Source of the DNA: Podarcis gaigeae
Lineage: Eukaryota
Direction: 5' to 3' (one strand)
Assembly: GCA_964106915.2 (NCBI GenBank)
Contig: OZ066921.1
DNA length: 64,000 nucleotides
Shown here: in pieces, positions 34,401-47,039 of the stretch
How the letters are laid out: each line of letters begins with the position of its first letter
Position numbering within the stretch: position 1 is the stretch's first letter
Translations under genes and position numbers: made by a program
The notes under the pieces: model-generated
The model's database searches: none
The model's input: the letters and a program-made list of their open reading frames with translations, nothing else
What the model was told of the DNA's origin: nothing

Positions 34401-37400
34401 CGCTTCTAGGAACATAGGAAGAAACTGCCACATACCATGTCAGAACATTGGGCTTACCTTACATTTTCATCAAAAAATTGCTTTGCACAGGTAACTAGCA
34501 TAAAGTTAGCAAAATTTTCAAAAGTAGGGGGTCCATGGCTTGGCTTTTGAAAAATAGGGGGTCCTCAGTACAGTGTTACCTCGGGTTACAGATGCTTCAG
34601 GTTACAGATGCTTCAGGTTACAGAATCCACTAACCCATAAATAGTATCTCAGGTTAAGAACTTTGCTTCAGGATGAGAACAGAAATCACGCAGCGGCAGT
34701 GGGAGGCTCCATTAGCTAAAGTGGTACCTCAGGTTAAGAACAGTTTCAGGCTAAGAACGGACCTCTGGAATGAATTAAGTTCTTAACCCGAGGTACCACT
34801 GTAATTAGCTAATTGGGAACCACTGCTATAAACCATACATAACTCAGTGGGTGCAGAATCTGCTCAGGACAAACAAATCTTCAGATGTAATTTGCAAAAT
34901 TTAAACCACCAGCAGGGAACATCATACTCAAGGGCGTAGAAAGGGGTGTGTGTGGGGGGGGGGTGCGGTCTGCCCCGCGTGTCATTCCTGAGGGGGTGAC
35001 AAAATGGCACACCACGGGAGGGTGACACCGTGAGGCCTGGCCTGCAGTGCGCCCAAGCCATGCGTCTCTCCTGGGAGTGATGCAGTGGCTCAGGGCCCTG
35101 TGCTGCCCAAAACGGACTCCATGGGCAGATCACCACGCCACCCCCCCAGGCGGATCACCATGGCGCCCCCATGGGCGGTGCCCCCCGTTCCTGCTGCTCT
35201 GGGTGCCGGAGCAGCTAGCTACGCCTGATCATACCTGCAAGCGGGTGGGTTGCTTAGATCTGGATGGGATTATAATTTGGCCTGTGAGGTTGTTCCCCCC
35301 ACGTCGTCTGGCTGTAGGGATGCAAAATCCAACAGGACAAACTGTTTTGATCCACTTCCCTTTTCTGACACCCAGTGCAGCTTGTGTTCCTGGCTGTGCT
35401 GATGGTCCTCAGCTATACCGAGAGAAGCCCCAATGAGTTCTACTTTAACAACGCCCTCCAGAGGACCTTCACATCCCACCTGGAAGACATCCTTACCCCA
35501 GAGGAGTTGTATGGGTGGATCAGGGTGATTTTGCTGCCTGGCCTCCATGGCAATTCTGAAGGTGAGCAGCACAAGGAACAGAGATAAAAGAGACATCCTT
35601 CTGTATACAGGCAGCCCTCTGCTTATGGGCATTCTACTTGTGTGTGACTGCTTTTATGCGGGTCACCACAAAATGAATGACTGAATAAATTGAAACAGTG
35701 TGCCTTCCCTTGCTCAGGGCTGCTGCCTGGAAGTCTCTTTTTGCTGCTTACTCACTGCAATGGGAGGGATTGTGGGGAAGGCTCAAGGCAGCAGCCTCAA
35801 GTGAGGGAAGGTGTGCCGGGCAGTGGCCCCAGTGGCACACACTCTATAAATTATAAAAACATGGCCTCTTTAGGCTTTTTCAGTGTTGCCAAAGCTGAAA
35901 CCTGAAATTTACCCAGCTTTTCACATCTGTACAAATAGGTGTGCATCTGTGTGTTTTGCTTCTAAGCAGCACATTTCTCCCCTCTCTCGATCTCCCAGGT
36001 TTGGCCATGGATGGAAACTCTTTCCTTGTGGGCAGCGTGCGGCTGCGGCAGATCCGAGCCACAGGAGCCCCGCCAAAGCCAGGGCCAGCTTTTCTCCCTC
36101 TCCAAGAGGGAAAGCAGGGTCCCACAGCCAGCTGGGGGCCTCCTGCTGCAGGTGGGAGAGGTCAGGCGAGTGCCTGGGTCTTCCAGAATGAGAGCACCCT
36201 GCAAGAGTACCCCATCTGGGGGAAGTTTGCTCTCTATCCGGGAAGCGGCTACCTGGCAAACCTTGGCAGAAACAAAAGCTACGCCATGAGGTATGTGGAC
36301 TGAAGGAGCTGCAGAACAGGCATCAGGTCCCGAAAGCTCCAGGGGCTCTTTCTGGGCAGGTGTATCTCAGTCTCTGCCCACTATTTCCTGATCTGGTGAA
36401 GCTGTGGGAGAGGCAGGTGAAAGCTAAAGACCCACAATCCTGGCTAACAGTAGTGAATATGGCATTGCTAGCTGGAGTCTGGCAGGTGGTACTTGGGGGA
36501 GAACTGATCAACAGGGCAGGGCATGCAATAGTAAACTAGAGTTGTTTACTAGAGTTCTTCCCTGCCACCAGTAGATTTAGGTGCAGCCCTTAAGAATTCT
36601 CTCCCACTGCAAGGTAGAAACACAATACAACTTTTTCTGCACCATTCCTCACCAGAACCCTTCGCTATCTGGAACGGAACAACTGGCTGGACAGAAGCAC
36701 ACGAGTCGTCTTCGTTGAGTTTGTTGTCTACAATGCAAATGTCAACCTCTTCTGCGCAGTCACACTGATCTTGGAGGCCAATGGGATAGGCAAGAGCGTG
36801 TAGAAGAGACAAAGGGGGCCTGGCCTTGCAATGGACCTCAGAGGCAGGATGGCTGTCCTGGGGCTGTTGGGGAGGGAGAAGGAGAAAAGGCGTTCCCTCT
36901 CCCTGGGAACCAGCCTTGCTTGCAGCCTCCGTGCTTGACCCTGTGCCTGTTTCTGTGGCAGGGGCCTTGTTCAGCAAATCCGAGTTGCAAATTCTCCGCC
37001 TCTATCCAGACCTCCAGCTCGTCCTCCAATTTATCTGTGCCCAGATCACCTTTCTCCTGCTCATACTATACTACATCTTTGTGCAGGTGAGCGGGGCCTC
37101 TGTGAGCCAGCTTAGTTTCCTTAGCCTAGCACCCTCCGGATATTGCTGGACTACAACTTCCATCAGCTTTAGCCAGCACTCTCAAGGTGCCGAGGGTTAG
37201 TGGGAGGTATCAGCCAGCACCAGCTCAGGGGAGCTGAGATGTGGAACCTGCGGGGGCCCTCTGGGTGCTGCTAGGCTCCCATCATTCCTGACCTTTGCCA
37301 TTGGCTGCCTAGAGCAGTTGGGCATTTGGATTCCAGCAGCACCTGGAGTGCCGCAGGAGTGTCATCCCACCCTTGTTTTAGGGCAGTGTCAACCTTGGGT

Positions 37401-39003
37401 CCCCAGATGTTGTTGGACTCTAACTCCCATCATCCCTGAGCTCTGGCTTTGCTAGCTAGGAATGATGGAAGTTGTAGGCCAAAAGCATCTGGGGACCCAA
37501 GGTTGAGAAAGGCTGTTTTAGAGGGTGGTGGTGTGTGGAGGTTGCTGTATTGGCAGAGAAAGAGCATCACACCACCACTGCTCCTTCCACTTGCATTCCC
37601 CCCCCCCCCAACATGTGGCTGCCTGAGTCAAGCCTGCTTCTTCCATGGGGCCAGCAGGGCCGGCAGCTGAAGCAGCAGAAGTGGAAGTACTTCAGCAGCA
37701 AGAGAAACCTGCTGGATGCCAGCACCATCCTCATAAGTGTGGCAGCTATTGGCCTTTATGTGAAGAGGCGCGTGCTGGCAAAAGGCATCCTGAAGCAGCA
37801 TCGCCAAGACCGCAACAAGTGAGTGTCTACCATCCGAAACAAGGGGCAGGGGCAGACCCCCACTCAGCAGAGGCGGCTTTCACACACCCTAAAGCAAATC
37901 TCCCTCCACACCCCTGCCAGGTTCATCAGCTTCTATGAGATGGTGGAAGTTGACTCTGCTCTGACATACCTCATTGCTTTTCTGGTGGCCTTGACAACCA
38001 TCAAGCTGTGGAACCTCCTGCGCCTAAATCCCAGAATGCACCTCATCACACAGACATTGCAGAAAGCCTGGGATGAGGTCCTGGGCTTCCTGCTCACACT
38101 TCTGGTGCTGCTTGTGGGTTACGCCATTGTGGTAAGAAGAGACCTGCCAACTGCAGGGAAACCAACCAAGGGCGGAGGGAAGAGCCCCCCCTTCCTGTGT
38201 CCTTATACCCCTCCCCCTATATCACCTTCACTCTCTTGCAATCAGTGCAACCTCATGTTTGGATGGAGCGTAGATGACTACAAGACCTTCTTTAACTCAG
38301 CTGTGACCATCGTAGGGCTTCTCATTGGAATCTTTAATTATGAAGAGGTGAGTGCCATGCAGCCCCACTTTAGGCCGAGGCACACTGCCAGGCTGCCCTT
38401 CCAGGACACCACAGATCACAGCAGACCCCCAGCCCCATTCAGCTCCCAGCTCAGCACCCAGAGAGACCTGCATGGATTTCAGCTTTCTGGGTCTAGAATG
38501 CCATGCTTCCCTGTGCCCTGCAAAGCACAGCACGGCCAACAGCTCTCTGCTAAGTGCATATGTAGACACAGGGGACATAACTGTGCTCTTCATGCTTAGG
38601 TCATTGCTGTGGACCCCGTGTTTGGCGCTGTGCTGATAGTAACCAGCGTCATCTCCATGGTGTTTGTGATCATCAACCTGTTTGTCTCTGCCCTTTTGAC
38701 GACCTTCAGTCGGGAGATGAAGGCTGCCAAGGTAGGTGTAAGCCCAAGGGGCTGGTGCTGCTCATCACCAGCCACCAGCCAAGCTTCAAGCAATTAAGCC
38801 TTCATGAGAAGCTGCTTGTGCCGCAGCCACCCCTCAGGATCCGAGTTCATATATAAGGCATCTCGCTCTCTCTCGGTTCATCACAACAGGCCAGCAAGGA
38901 GGAATCCATGTTGCAGCTGATTCAACTGAAGATTTCCACCTTGTTTGGAATCAAGAAACAGCCACCCTTCCCAGCAGCTTCCCGAAAGGAGCCACAGGAC
39001 TGA
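22412..39003 (+). CDS. PKD1L3: Polycystin-1-like protein 3, full length, ~1771 aa
   Basis: 31 exons in one 5316-nt frame: 22412-22700, 23345-23434, 23753-23793, 23946-24377, 24864-24995, 25209-25373, 25595-25725, 26501-26627, 26750-26875, 27086-27314, 28118-28302, 28478-28708, 28957-29058, 29380-29558, 30353-30499, 30929-31122, 31535-31731, 31838-32006, 32184-32376, 33288-33540, 33838-33940, 34085-34228, 35376-35561, 35999-36290, 36656-36789, 36962-37086, 37658-37818, 37921-38131, 38246-38347, 38600-38731, 38890-39003. C-type lectin, S/T/P-rich stalk, [18 protein letters not shown] ([34 protein letters not shown]), [13 protein letters not shown] domain ([22 protein letters not shown]), S5-pore-S6. 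Tail-to-tail with IST1 as in mammals. Confidence 0.9.
25960..26175 (-). mobile_element. tRNA-derived SINE (MIR/Squam-like), antisense
   Basis: Reverse SINE head GGGGATTTGAACCCTGGTCTCCC...CTCTAACCAC and core ACAACCCTGAGAGGT...GACTGGCCCAAAGTCACCC. Confidence 0.6.
27600..27735. mobile_element. hAT-type palindromic MITE
   Basis: TIR CAGGCTTCCTCAAACT / AGTTTGAGGAAGCCTG with perfect 8-bp TSD CTATATGG. More decayed relatives lie near 2420-2530, 4820-4970, 8735-8895 and 37385-37515. Confidence 0.85.
34571..34801. mobile_element. Tc1/mariner-type MITE, same family as 979-1193
   Basis: TA-CAGTGTTACCTC ... GAGGTACCACTG-TA; internal sequence is the reverse complement of the 979-1193 copy. Confidence 0.85.
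34929..35227. mobile_element. hAT-type MITE
   Basis: Imperfect TIR CAAGGGCGTAG / CTACGCCTG, 8-bp TSD atcatact/atcatacc, GC-rich interior. Confidence 0.6.
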
Positions 39004-41328
39004 AGCGGCATCATCCCACCTCCCCATTTGGACAGTTCTTTTCTATTCTAAAATGGGAAGGGTCACCATTTCCCAAGTATCACTAATGTACATGCTATCT
39101 TTAAGAATATCAGAGGTCAGCTGGGCTGGCAAGAAAATCTGTATGGCTTTTCTCCCACTTTTAAGCTGCCCCTCCCACTCTTCAGCTAATTTACCATGTG
39201 ATCTTGACTCAACATTACCTCATGCTACATCCTACTTCCTTTATCCTTGACACGCCTTTGAGTTGTTGGGACTGACCAAGGCAGAACAAATCTGACTGCC
39301 CAGAAATCCCCTGCTGCTGCCCTGCAGGTTGAAGAGCAAAACCGATCTTACTGGCTTCCAGCCCAAAGGCCGGTCAAGTCCCTAAACAGCAGGAGCAGTT
39401 TCTTCTCTGCCCAAAGAGGCAGAGCAAAGGAGGGCTGTTCTTATTTATTGCCAATCCCAAATACTCAGTGGTGCTTAATATCAATTAAGCCTTACAAATC
39501 AAGTTATTTTTAATGTCGCTGAGGAACTCTTTACCTATTGCAGGGTTTAACCTCTGAGGAGACAAACAGGGAATTGTAGATTACACTCCCCTACCCAGCC
39601 ACAGATTTGAAGAACTTACATGACAAAGGGGGGTCTGTTGAGATGCACAAAGGATACACTGTTTCAAGGTGAACCAGAGGGAGGAGATAGAAGGGTGGGT
39701 GGGGAAGAAGAGTGACTTGCCCCTCCCCACCCAGAGAGCTCAGTTTGCTCAATGGGAGAGATCAAATCCATGACAGGAATCCAATCCTGCCTTTCCTTAA
39801 AGGCAGCCAACCTCTAAGATGCAAGGATCCTTAAGCAGCCCTTACCTTAATCCAGAGGGGACCCTTCAGCCTGGCCCAAGCAGAAAGCACTCATCCCCCT
39901 ACTCCAACCTGTAAAGGTCAGCATAAATCCTACAAGGGCTAATTTCTCAAGAATGGTGGCTTGAGAATTCTATCACATCACAGCAGTGAAGGACAGCTGC
40001 TTCAGCACCCAGGCACTTCCCCGTGCCCTGCAGGACAGGTGGCCCGCTCTTCTGAAGCTGCCACTGCTGCCACCACCCACAATGTCTTGTGGGAAGGAAG
40101 TCTAAAGGGAGCCTCATTAATTCTCCTGTGGGAGGTGGTTGTGGGCTGCACTGCAGATCCTCAGGTATGTGATCCAAACTGACAGGACTTGTTCTGAAAT
40201 ATAACTGCAAAGCCAAAGTAAAGGCAACACATTTGCATGCTGCTTTTAGCCAATATTTCCCCTTCCCTCAATAAATAGTACTCCTTGTTTGACTGGAAGT
40301 GTGACTGTCAGTCTGAAGGAACACCCATTCTCTCCATGGTAAGAACTGGTGGCAGCTGCCTCTCCATGTTGTAAGAATACCATGCCTCCTTTCCTTCCCC
40401 TCCACCACTGCCAGAAGCCAGGAAATATTATGTTTCACTTGAGACAGATCCAGTCAAGGCTATTCCTCAACTTTATTTAGAATTAATAGAGAAGATACAA
40501 ACCAATCAAATTGTCCCAGAAAAGCCACATGAAAGAGTTACATACAGAGTGTTACATGGGAGAGCTGAGGTTGGCTGCTGGCACTGCAGCTGGTCTGTAA
40601 GAACAGCAGAAGTTGCTGGATGTGTTGCTGCTGCTGTCACCACCACCACCCATGGCTTTGCCCTATAGGCAAGGGAAGAGGCTAGAGAACCAGGAGTGAT
40701 GGCACATGTCAAGCAATGGCCCTGAACCCAGCCTGATGCAGAGCCATGTTAAGGCAGAACTGGGCTCACTCAAAGCTAGGAAAATGTGCCTGCTGCTCTG
40801 CAAGCCAGAGGCAGGAGGACCACTGAGCCACAAGGAGTGTAGACTGGTCAACTCCTGTGCCCCACAGCATCCCTCCCCAAAGGAAAGTCATAATGGCCCC
40901 GGAGGGCTCCCTGAGAACGCGGCAGGCAAAACAAAGCTATCAGGGGCCCAGAGCAGCTCCCCTTCCACAGCACATGCCTGAAGGGGGGGCACGCTTCTGT
41001 CCAACTACGTTGCCCAGAATCTTCAGGTTGGTGTCCCTACACCACTGTCTGTCCAAATGAGAGGCCACCTACATCACTCCCTTTCCCCTCTAATGCCCGG
41101 CTGCAGACTGCAGAGCAATGCATTCGGAGGGATTGTTCCTGCTCCCATCTCTAAGAGGCTGTGCAGTCCCCCACTCCTGGAGCAGAATGTCAGAAAAGCA
41201 GTGGCATTTGGTGTAAGTACAGAAGGAAGAAAGGCCAAGCGGAGGAAGAGGAACGAGCACTTGGCCGTGCTAAGAGGGAAGGAGGAGGCAGCAATCAGGC
41301 CCATCGGCCCCCTGTTCAGGGGCTCTTT

Positions 41329-44300
41329 TTAAGTTTTCTTCTTCAGTTCCTCAAACCTTCGAGAGAGGTCATCGAAGTCAATGTCTTCTGAGGCGGAAGT
41401 GTTGGCACCAGCAGAAGCGGCAGGCAGCGTGTCTGGCACAGATGGCAACTCTGGCAGCACAAAATTATCGCCCGAACTAGGAACTGCAGCTGGTGGCCTC
41501 CCCCTCGGCTGTGGCTTTGGGGCTGGTCCTGCAGCAGACAAGAGTGACTGGTTACAAGCAGCGGGCAGGCTCAAGGCAGCGAAAACAGTAGTCTACCTAA
41601 CAGTAGTAGGGGCAGGGTAGGACCATTCTTCTTTTTGCTGTACTACAGTTAGTATATGTCCTGCAGAAGCGAGCACTTGCTGCACTTCAGTTGAGCCTTG
41701 CAGCTCCTAGGTAAAGGTAAAGGTAAAGGTACCCCTGCCCGTACGGGCCAGTCTTGCCAGACTCTGGGGTTGTGCGCCCATCTCACTCAAGAGGCCAGGG
41801 GCTAGCGCTGTCCGAAGACACTTCCGGGTCACGTGGCCAGCGTGACATCGCTGCTCTGGCGAGCCAGAGCTGCACACGGAAACGCCGTTTACCTTCCCGC
41901 TAGAAAGCGGTCCCTATTTATCTACTTGCACCCGGGGGTGCTTTCGAACTGCACTCCTACCAGTTGCTAAAGGGGCCCAAGCTCTCTGCCATGAAGAGTC
42001 CCAGTCTCTGCCCCCAACACACACACACACACACGCTTACCTCAGCAACTCAAGAGCGAACACGAGTGAAGGGGACCAACAATAAACACAAGCACCAGCT
42101 TTCCCCTGACATCACCACCTCCCTCCCTCCTCACTGCCTTGCCAGCTCCATAGCCTCCACCTCCGGCCCTGCACTCACCGGTCACCTGTGGGGATGGCAA
42201 TTCCTTGTCAGCACCCATGTCATCAATCTGAAACAGAAAAAAGCTGGCTTTGCATGGAGCACCCCACACAGAACCACCACCTGACAACCCCCCAGAGGCC
42301 TACATGCACAGCAGAAGCACCGTATCTGGTGTTCCCATCTTCTTCATGCAGCCTTGCCAGACAGCAGAAGGAAGGATGAAATGAGGGATCTGGAGGAGGA
42401 GGAAGCAGTGGTGGTGAGCCTGGCCTGGTGATGCCATAGGAGAGGGAGAGCCGTTCAGCATGGCTGACTACCTGACTAGCAAGCGGCCCTGGCTACGTCC
42501 CCCAAGGATGGCCTGTAGCTCTTCACCATCGCTGGCAGTCTCACCTGACATGAACCACCACCAGCAGCAACAACCACAAAAGTCTGGAGAGCAGCAGCTG
42601 AACAAGCACAAGGGCATGAAGGTGGACACTTCCCCATTTCCACACTCTCTAGCTGCTCAACCCACCCCCACATCTCATCCTCCACCCCTGCTAGCCAACG
42701 TCCTCCGCTCATGCCTTCCATGGACAGCAGCCTGAGACCAAGGTGACCTCTGAGTCACTGCCTGCAAGCTCATCCAGGCTGCTGAGATCATGCTGAGGCT
42801 CCCTCGGTATCATTATCACAGCCCCTCCCTCCTGCCTGGTAGACTCAAGTAACTGCCCTGCTCGCTCCCCTCAGTGGCTGCCTCCTCCACCACCACAATG
42901 TCAACCAAGCAAGGTGCGGCTGAAGAAGCTGGAGCAGCTCCTGGTGGACAGGCTGCAGGGCCACTGCTGGACCTCCTGGTCAGCCTCTATACCAAGTGCA
43001 GTTTCCACTCACTGCTTCAGCGGGACAGGCTTGTCTTGGACTTCCTCAAGTGGGAATGGGACTCCTGATTATTGAAAGTGACATTGGCAAGTTTTTCCTC
43101 AACAATGCCTAGGCAGTCAACATCCACCTTACCACTGGCGGTAGGCCTAACTCCTCAGTCAGTCCAAGTGGGAAGGCCTGCCAATACCCAGCACTAGACT
43201 AGGGACAGCAACAGTCCCAGCAGAGAGGACTTGCCCTCCCAGCAATTCATCTTTTGTTTTTCATCAGCAGTACTTACAGACTCATATGTTGGAGGTGTTG
43301 CTGGAATCTGAGGTGGGTGAAGGCTGGTGAAAGGCTGGTAGGTGCCCACCGGTAGCCCGTTGAAGTGCTCCTAAAGGGAGAAATTGTTAAGTCATACCAG
43401 CACCCCTTCCTAATGGCAGAATCAGATAGGCAATGCCTGCCAGAACAGCTGGTAAACCTTGTTCACACAGCAGGTATTGAGGTGTGCTCAGATGCTAACT
43501 CACCACAGTAGACTGCTATCCTTTCCTCCCCACCCCCACCACCCCCAAGCCCAACTTTACAGACTCCCCTCCTGTTTCAAGCAAGACATAGGACTTACTG
43601 GTCCCTTTGGAGGTGGGTATGCAAAAGGGGGAGCTGGAGACGGCATGGGCATGGGCATTGGCATTGGCACAACTCCATCAGGACCAGCCATTGGGGTCAT
43701 GAAGCCGCCGCCACCACCACCTCCACGGCCACCTTTCTTTGTATCATCCACGAATCCCACATCAATCAGGTCAGCTTCCACGCCTGCGGGAGCCTCAGCC
43801 TGGGAAGAGGAAGAAACTGATGTCACATGTGGGAAAGGGAGCTGCTAATGAGGGAATTGAGAGTGGAACCGCCTCCCAGTCACTCACCATGACAACAGAA
43901 TCTGGCTCATAGGGCACGTTGTAGTTCTTTGCGATCTCAATCAGGTACCTCTCCACTAGGATTTTGGGAGGTGCCTCTACGCTCAACTTGTGCATCAGCT
44001 GGAAGGGAGGGAGGGAAGAGTGAGCCCTTCACTGAGCTGGGCAGGTCAAAAACACTTAGCTAAGAGATACCCAAGCCAGAAAAAAGAAGTTTCTACCTCG
44101 CCTGGTGAAGCACCACAGACAGGACCTCCTGCTGCAAACAACTCATCTTTATGAAGCACTGATATCGTTCCCTCCCATAAAAACAGCCTGCTGGATCAGA
44201 CCATCAGCCTGTCTAGCCCAGCATCCTGTCCTCACAGTGGCCAAACAGATGCCCCAACAAGAAGCCCCTGAGTGGAGCAGCAGCAGTGCTCTCCTTCACC

Positions 44301-46044
44301 TGCGATTCCCAGCAACTGACTTCAGGAGTGGATCACCTCTGACAGCAGAGGAAGACGTAGCCATTGTGGTTAGTAGCTCCTGAGAGCTTTACCGCCATCT
44401 CACCCCCATGAGGCCCTTCCCATTCCACTCACCCTGTCATTGACGGTCCCAATCTGGTTGCTCCGGCACAACTTGCCATACTCTTTGCTGTACTTGGCAC
44501 AGAGCTGGTCAGCAACCTAGTATGGAAATGGCACACTCAAAACAGAGTCCAGGTACCACTGACTCCCCTCTATTTAAGACAGGGCACAGCAACTATCGCA
44601 GCACCCCTGGACAAAAGGTTCAGGAGTTTGGAGACTGGAGCCAACCTAAACTCCCAGATCAAACAAGAAAGTCACCAAGTTCTCTGAGCATCCTGTGAGG
44701 ATAGATCAAAGTGTTTTCCCAACTGCTGCCCCCAGATGTCCAGGAAGGCTGAGCAGCCTGCCAACACACAACTGGCACTACTCACCATTTTCAGCTCAGC
44801 CACCTCCGCTTGCAGTCGGGGGGCAGCCCAGATGAGGGTGGAGACAGCTTCTGCCAGGCCGGAGTCCAGCTCCCTGAAGGGACACAAAGTAAGGCAAGAG
44901 TGAGCAAGTAGTTGAAAGACAAGGACAAAGAGGTCCCAGACCTAGCAGACTGAGGGGAGGGGACACGTGGCAGGCACCCAGCACCCTCTTCCCCATAGAC
45001 CAAGACCTTACTTCATAGATTGTATGAGGCCAAAGCGTGCCAGAAGCAAGTCACAGTAGAGCTCCAGGATCTCCATGGCCTCCACCAAGTAGTCCTCCCG
45101 GATGATGTGCTCCACACGGATGCGAGCCCGCTCATCTTTGCCAGCAGACAGGTAGTCAGCAATTTCCTTCCGTGCCTTCTGGGCTAGCTCAGCTGCAAGA
45201 AAAGGGTTCATCATGGGGCAGCAGGGGAGGCCCACAAGCCTGCCCTGGACCTGCCTGGGGTGTTTGTGTCTGCAAAGAGAGGGGCTCCACCAAGAAGGAC
45301 TGTGGGTTGTCTCCAACTAAGTTATTCTCAGAGTAGACATATTGAAATTAAGTAACCATGTCCATTCAATGAATATAGTGGGGTTAGAACTGGACACAAG
45401 TCCACAAACCTGAGAACTCTTCACAGAATCCACACACCCATCCCAATGACCACAATTCTCAGCATCTTTGAAATACAGTACACACACACAAGCAATTCCA
45501 CACTTACACTCTGACATGTGAAAATAAATTAAAACAATTAAATTAAATAAATTAAATTAAATAAATTAAAACACACTTACACTCTGACATGTGAAAATAA
45601 ATTAAAACAATTCTTTTAAAAGATAGTTAAAAACACACTTCTTAAAAACCTAAAAACTCCCTTAAAAAAGCAAGTCTTCAAAAAAGTTATATGATCTAAG
45701 AAAGTCTTTAAAAGAATCCTTCCAAAAGAATTTAAAAATCATAATGTAGCACCTTAGAGACCAACTGAGTAGTACAAGCTTTTGTGTGCATGCACACTTC
45801 TTCAGATACACTGAAACAACATGTGCAGGCTATAAATTAAGCATCTCTTAATTTATAGCCTGCACATGGTGTTGTGGGACACCACGACTACCAGAAACCT
45901 CCTGAAGCACTACTCTGGTGATGAGGTCAAGGAATTAGGTAGGAAAGTCCACTCACTTTTCTTTTTCTCCAACAGTTTGAGGCGATTGATGACAAGACGT
46001 AGGTTGACTCGCAAGCGCTCGGCCTTGAACCCAGAGCCTAACAT
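41329..46044 (-). CDS. IST1: IST1 homolog (ESCRT-III-associated factor), 364 aa
   Basis: Coding exons 46044-45957, 45192-45012, 44873-44786, 44516-44433, 43998-43888, 43799-43599, 43370-43278, 42227-42179, 41528-41329. MLGSGFKAERLRVNLRLVINRLKLLEKKK, PMPMPMP repeat, C-terminal MIM DIDFDDLSRRFEELKKKT*. Confidence 0.97.
41710..41953 (-). mobile_element. Sauria SINE, partial
   Basis: (AAAGGT)n is the reverse of the (ACCTTT)n tail, followed by a typical body (CTTCCGGGTCACGTGGCCAG...GGAAACGCCGTTTACCTTCCCGC...CCTATTTATCTACTTGCAC...GCTTTCGAACTGC). Confidence 0.85.
45746..45815 (-). mobile_element. Penelope-like element terminal fragment with mutated hammerhead core
   Basis: Shares GCACCTTAGAGACCA with 46374-46540; minus strand reads GTAT-CTGAAGA-A-GTGTGCATGCACAC-AAAA-GCTT-GTAC. 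Confidence 0.65.
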
Positions 46045-46373
46045 GGTGTAGAATTCCTGCCAAGAACACAAAAGAGAAAAAGCCTACTGTCATGTGTGTT
46101 AAAGGCAGACAGCTAACAGTTTCCTGTGTAGATATATTCTACTTGTAATATTTATATATTGCTTTGCACATTCAGAGCCATTCCAGAGTTATTTAGAATA
46201 AAATACAAAATACATTTAAAATTCAAAAAAGTGATACAAATATAAAACACCAAAAGTGCTCAAAAATTAATCTAAACACAATATTCCCTGCTCTACACAA
46301 GCAGGACACCAGTATTCTCAAAAATCTCAATCATCAGCGCTGTCCAAATGCTGAGAATAACTTTTTTGCATGG

Positions 46374-46540
46374 TTCTAGATTCAGGTAGGCAGCTGTGTT
46401 GGTCTGACGCAGTCGAAATAAAATAAAAAAATTGTCCAGGAGCACCTTAGAGACCAGCTAAGTTTGTTCTGGGTATAAGGTTTCGTAGGTATCTGAAGAA
46501 GTGTGCATGTGCACGAAAGCTTATACCCAGAACAAACTTA
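46374..46540. mobile_element. Penelope-like element fragment with inverted terminal duplication
   Basis: ~46459-46486 and 46513-46540 are inverted repeats; the fragment contains a hammerhead core. Confidence 0.7.
46488..46527 (+). ncRNA. Minimal type I hammerhead ribozyme motif (Penelope-type)
   Basis: GGUAU-CUGAAGA-A-GUGUGCAUGUGCAC-GAAA-GC-UU-AUACC: 5-bp stem I (GGUAU/AUACC), CUGANGA and GAAA cores, stem II, palindromic AGCU stem III. Confidence 0.7.
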
Positions 46541-47039
46541 GGTAAATTGGAGCCGGGGGGGGGGGGGAGAGATCTGTTCTCTTGTTGCTACCTGCTGAAC
46601 ATCTTTTGGAGAGGCAGACAGTGAATGGTCTCAGATCTCAGGTTCTGGATTGGTTTGAATGTGGAAAGGTTGTGAGCTGTAATGTTTTATCTCCGCTGCA
46701 AATATATAATAAAGCAAACAAGCAAATATAAGTAATTTTAATGTGAATTTTTGTATACAGCAAGAATAAATGTTTGAATAGACTATAAATGCCAGCCATT
46801 TTTAAACAGAGCCCATACAGATTCAAGTGTGTGTAATAGTACAGTATGCTAAAACCTATTTATCCACTTAAGAAATGCTTTGTGTGTATGTGTCTTTATC
46901 TGTATGTATGTGTAGAGCACTTTCATCTGTGCAAGCAACAGATTTCTGGTTTTCCCCCCTTTTGTACATGATTTGATCAGCCAGGCCCAACCATATACAG
47001 CACAAGGGGCAGCTCACAACCTTGGATCTCTTTAACCAG

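Noticed and set aside
9275-39003. One giant PKD1-like gene with duplicated GPS/PLAT
   Set aside because: There is an in-frame stop at 20051-20053, and a second ATG with signal peptide, lectin and promoter-like motifs at 22412.
45500-45612. Local ~40-bp direct duplication in IST1 intron 2
   Set aside because: Looks like ordinary slippage in AT-rich intron sequence, with no functional signal.
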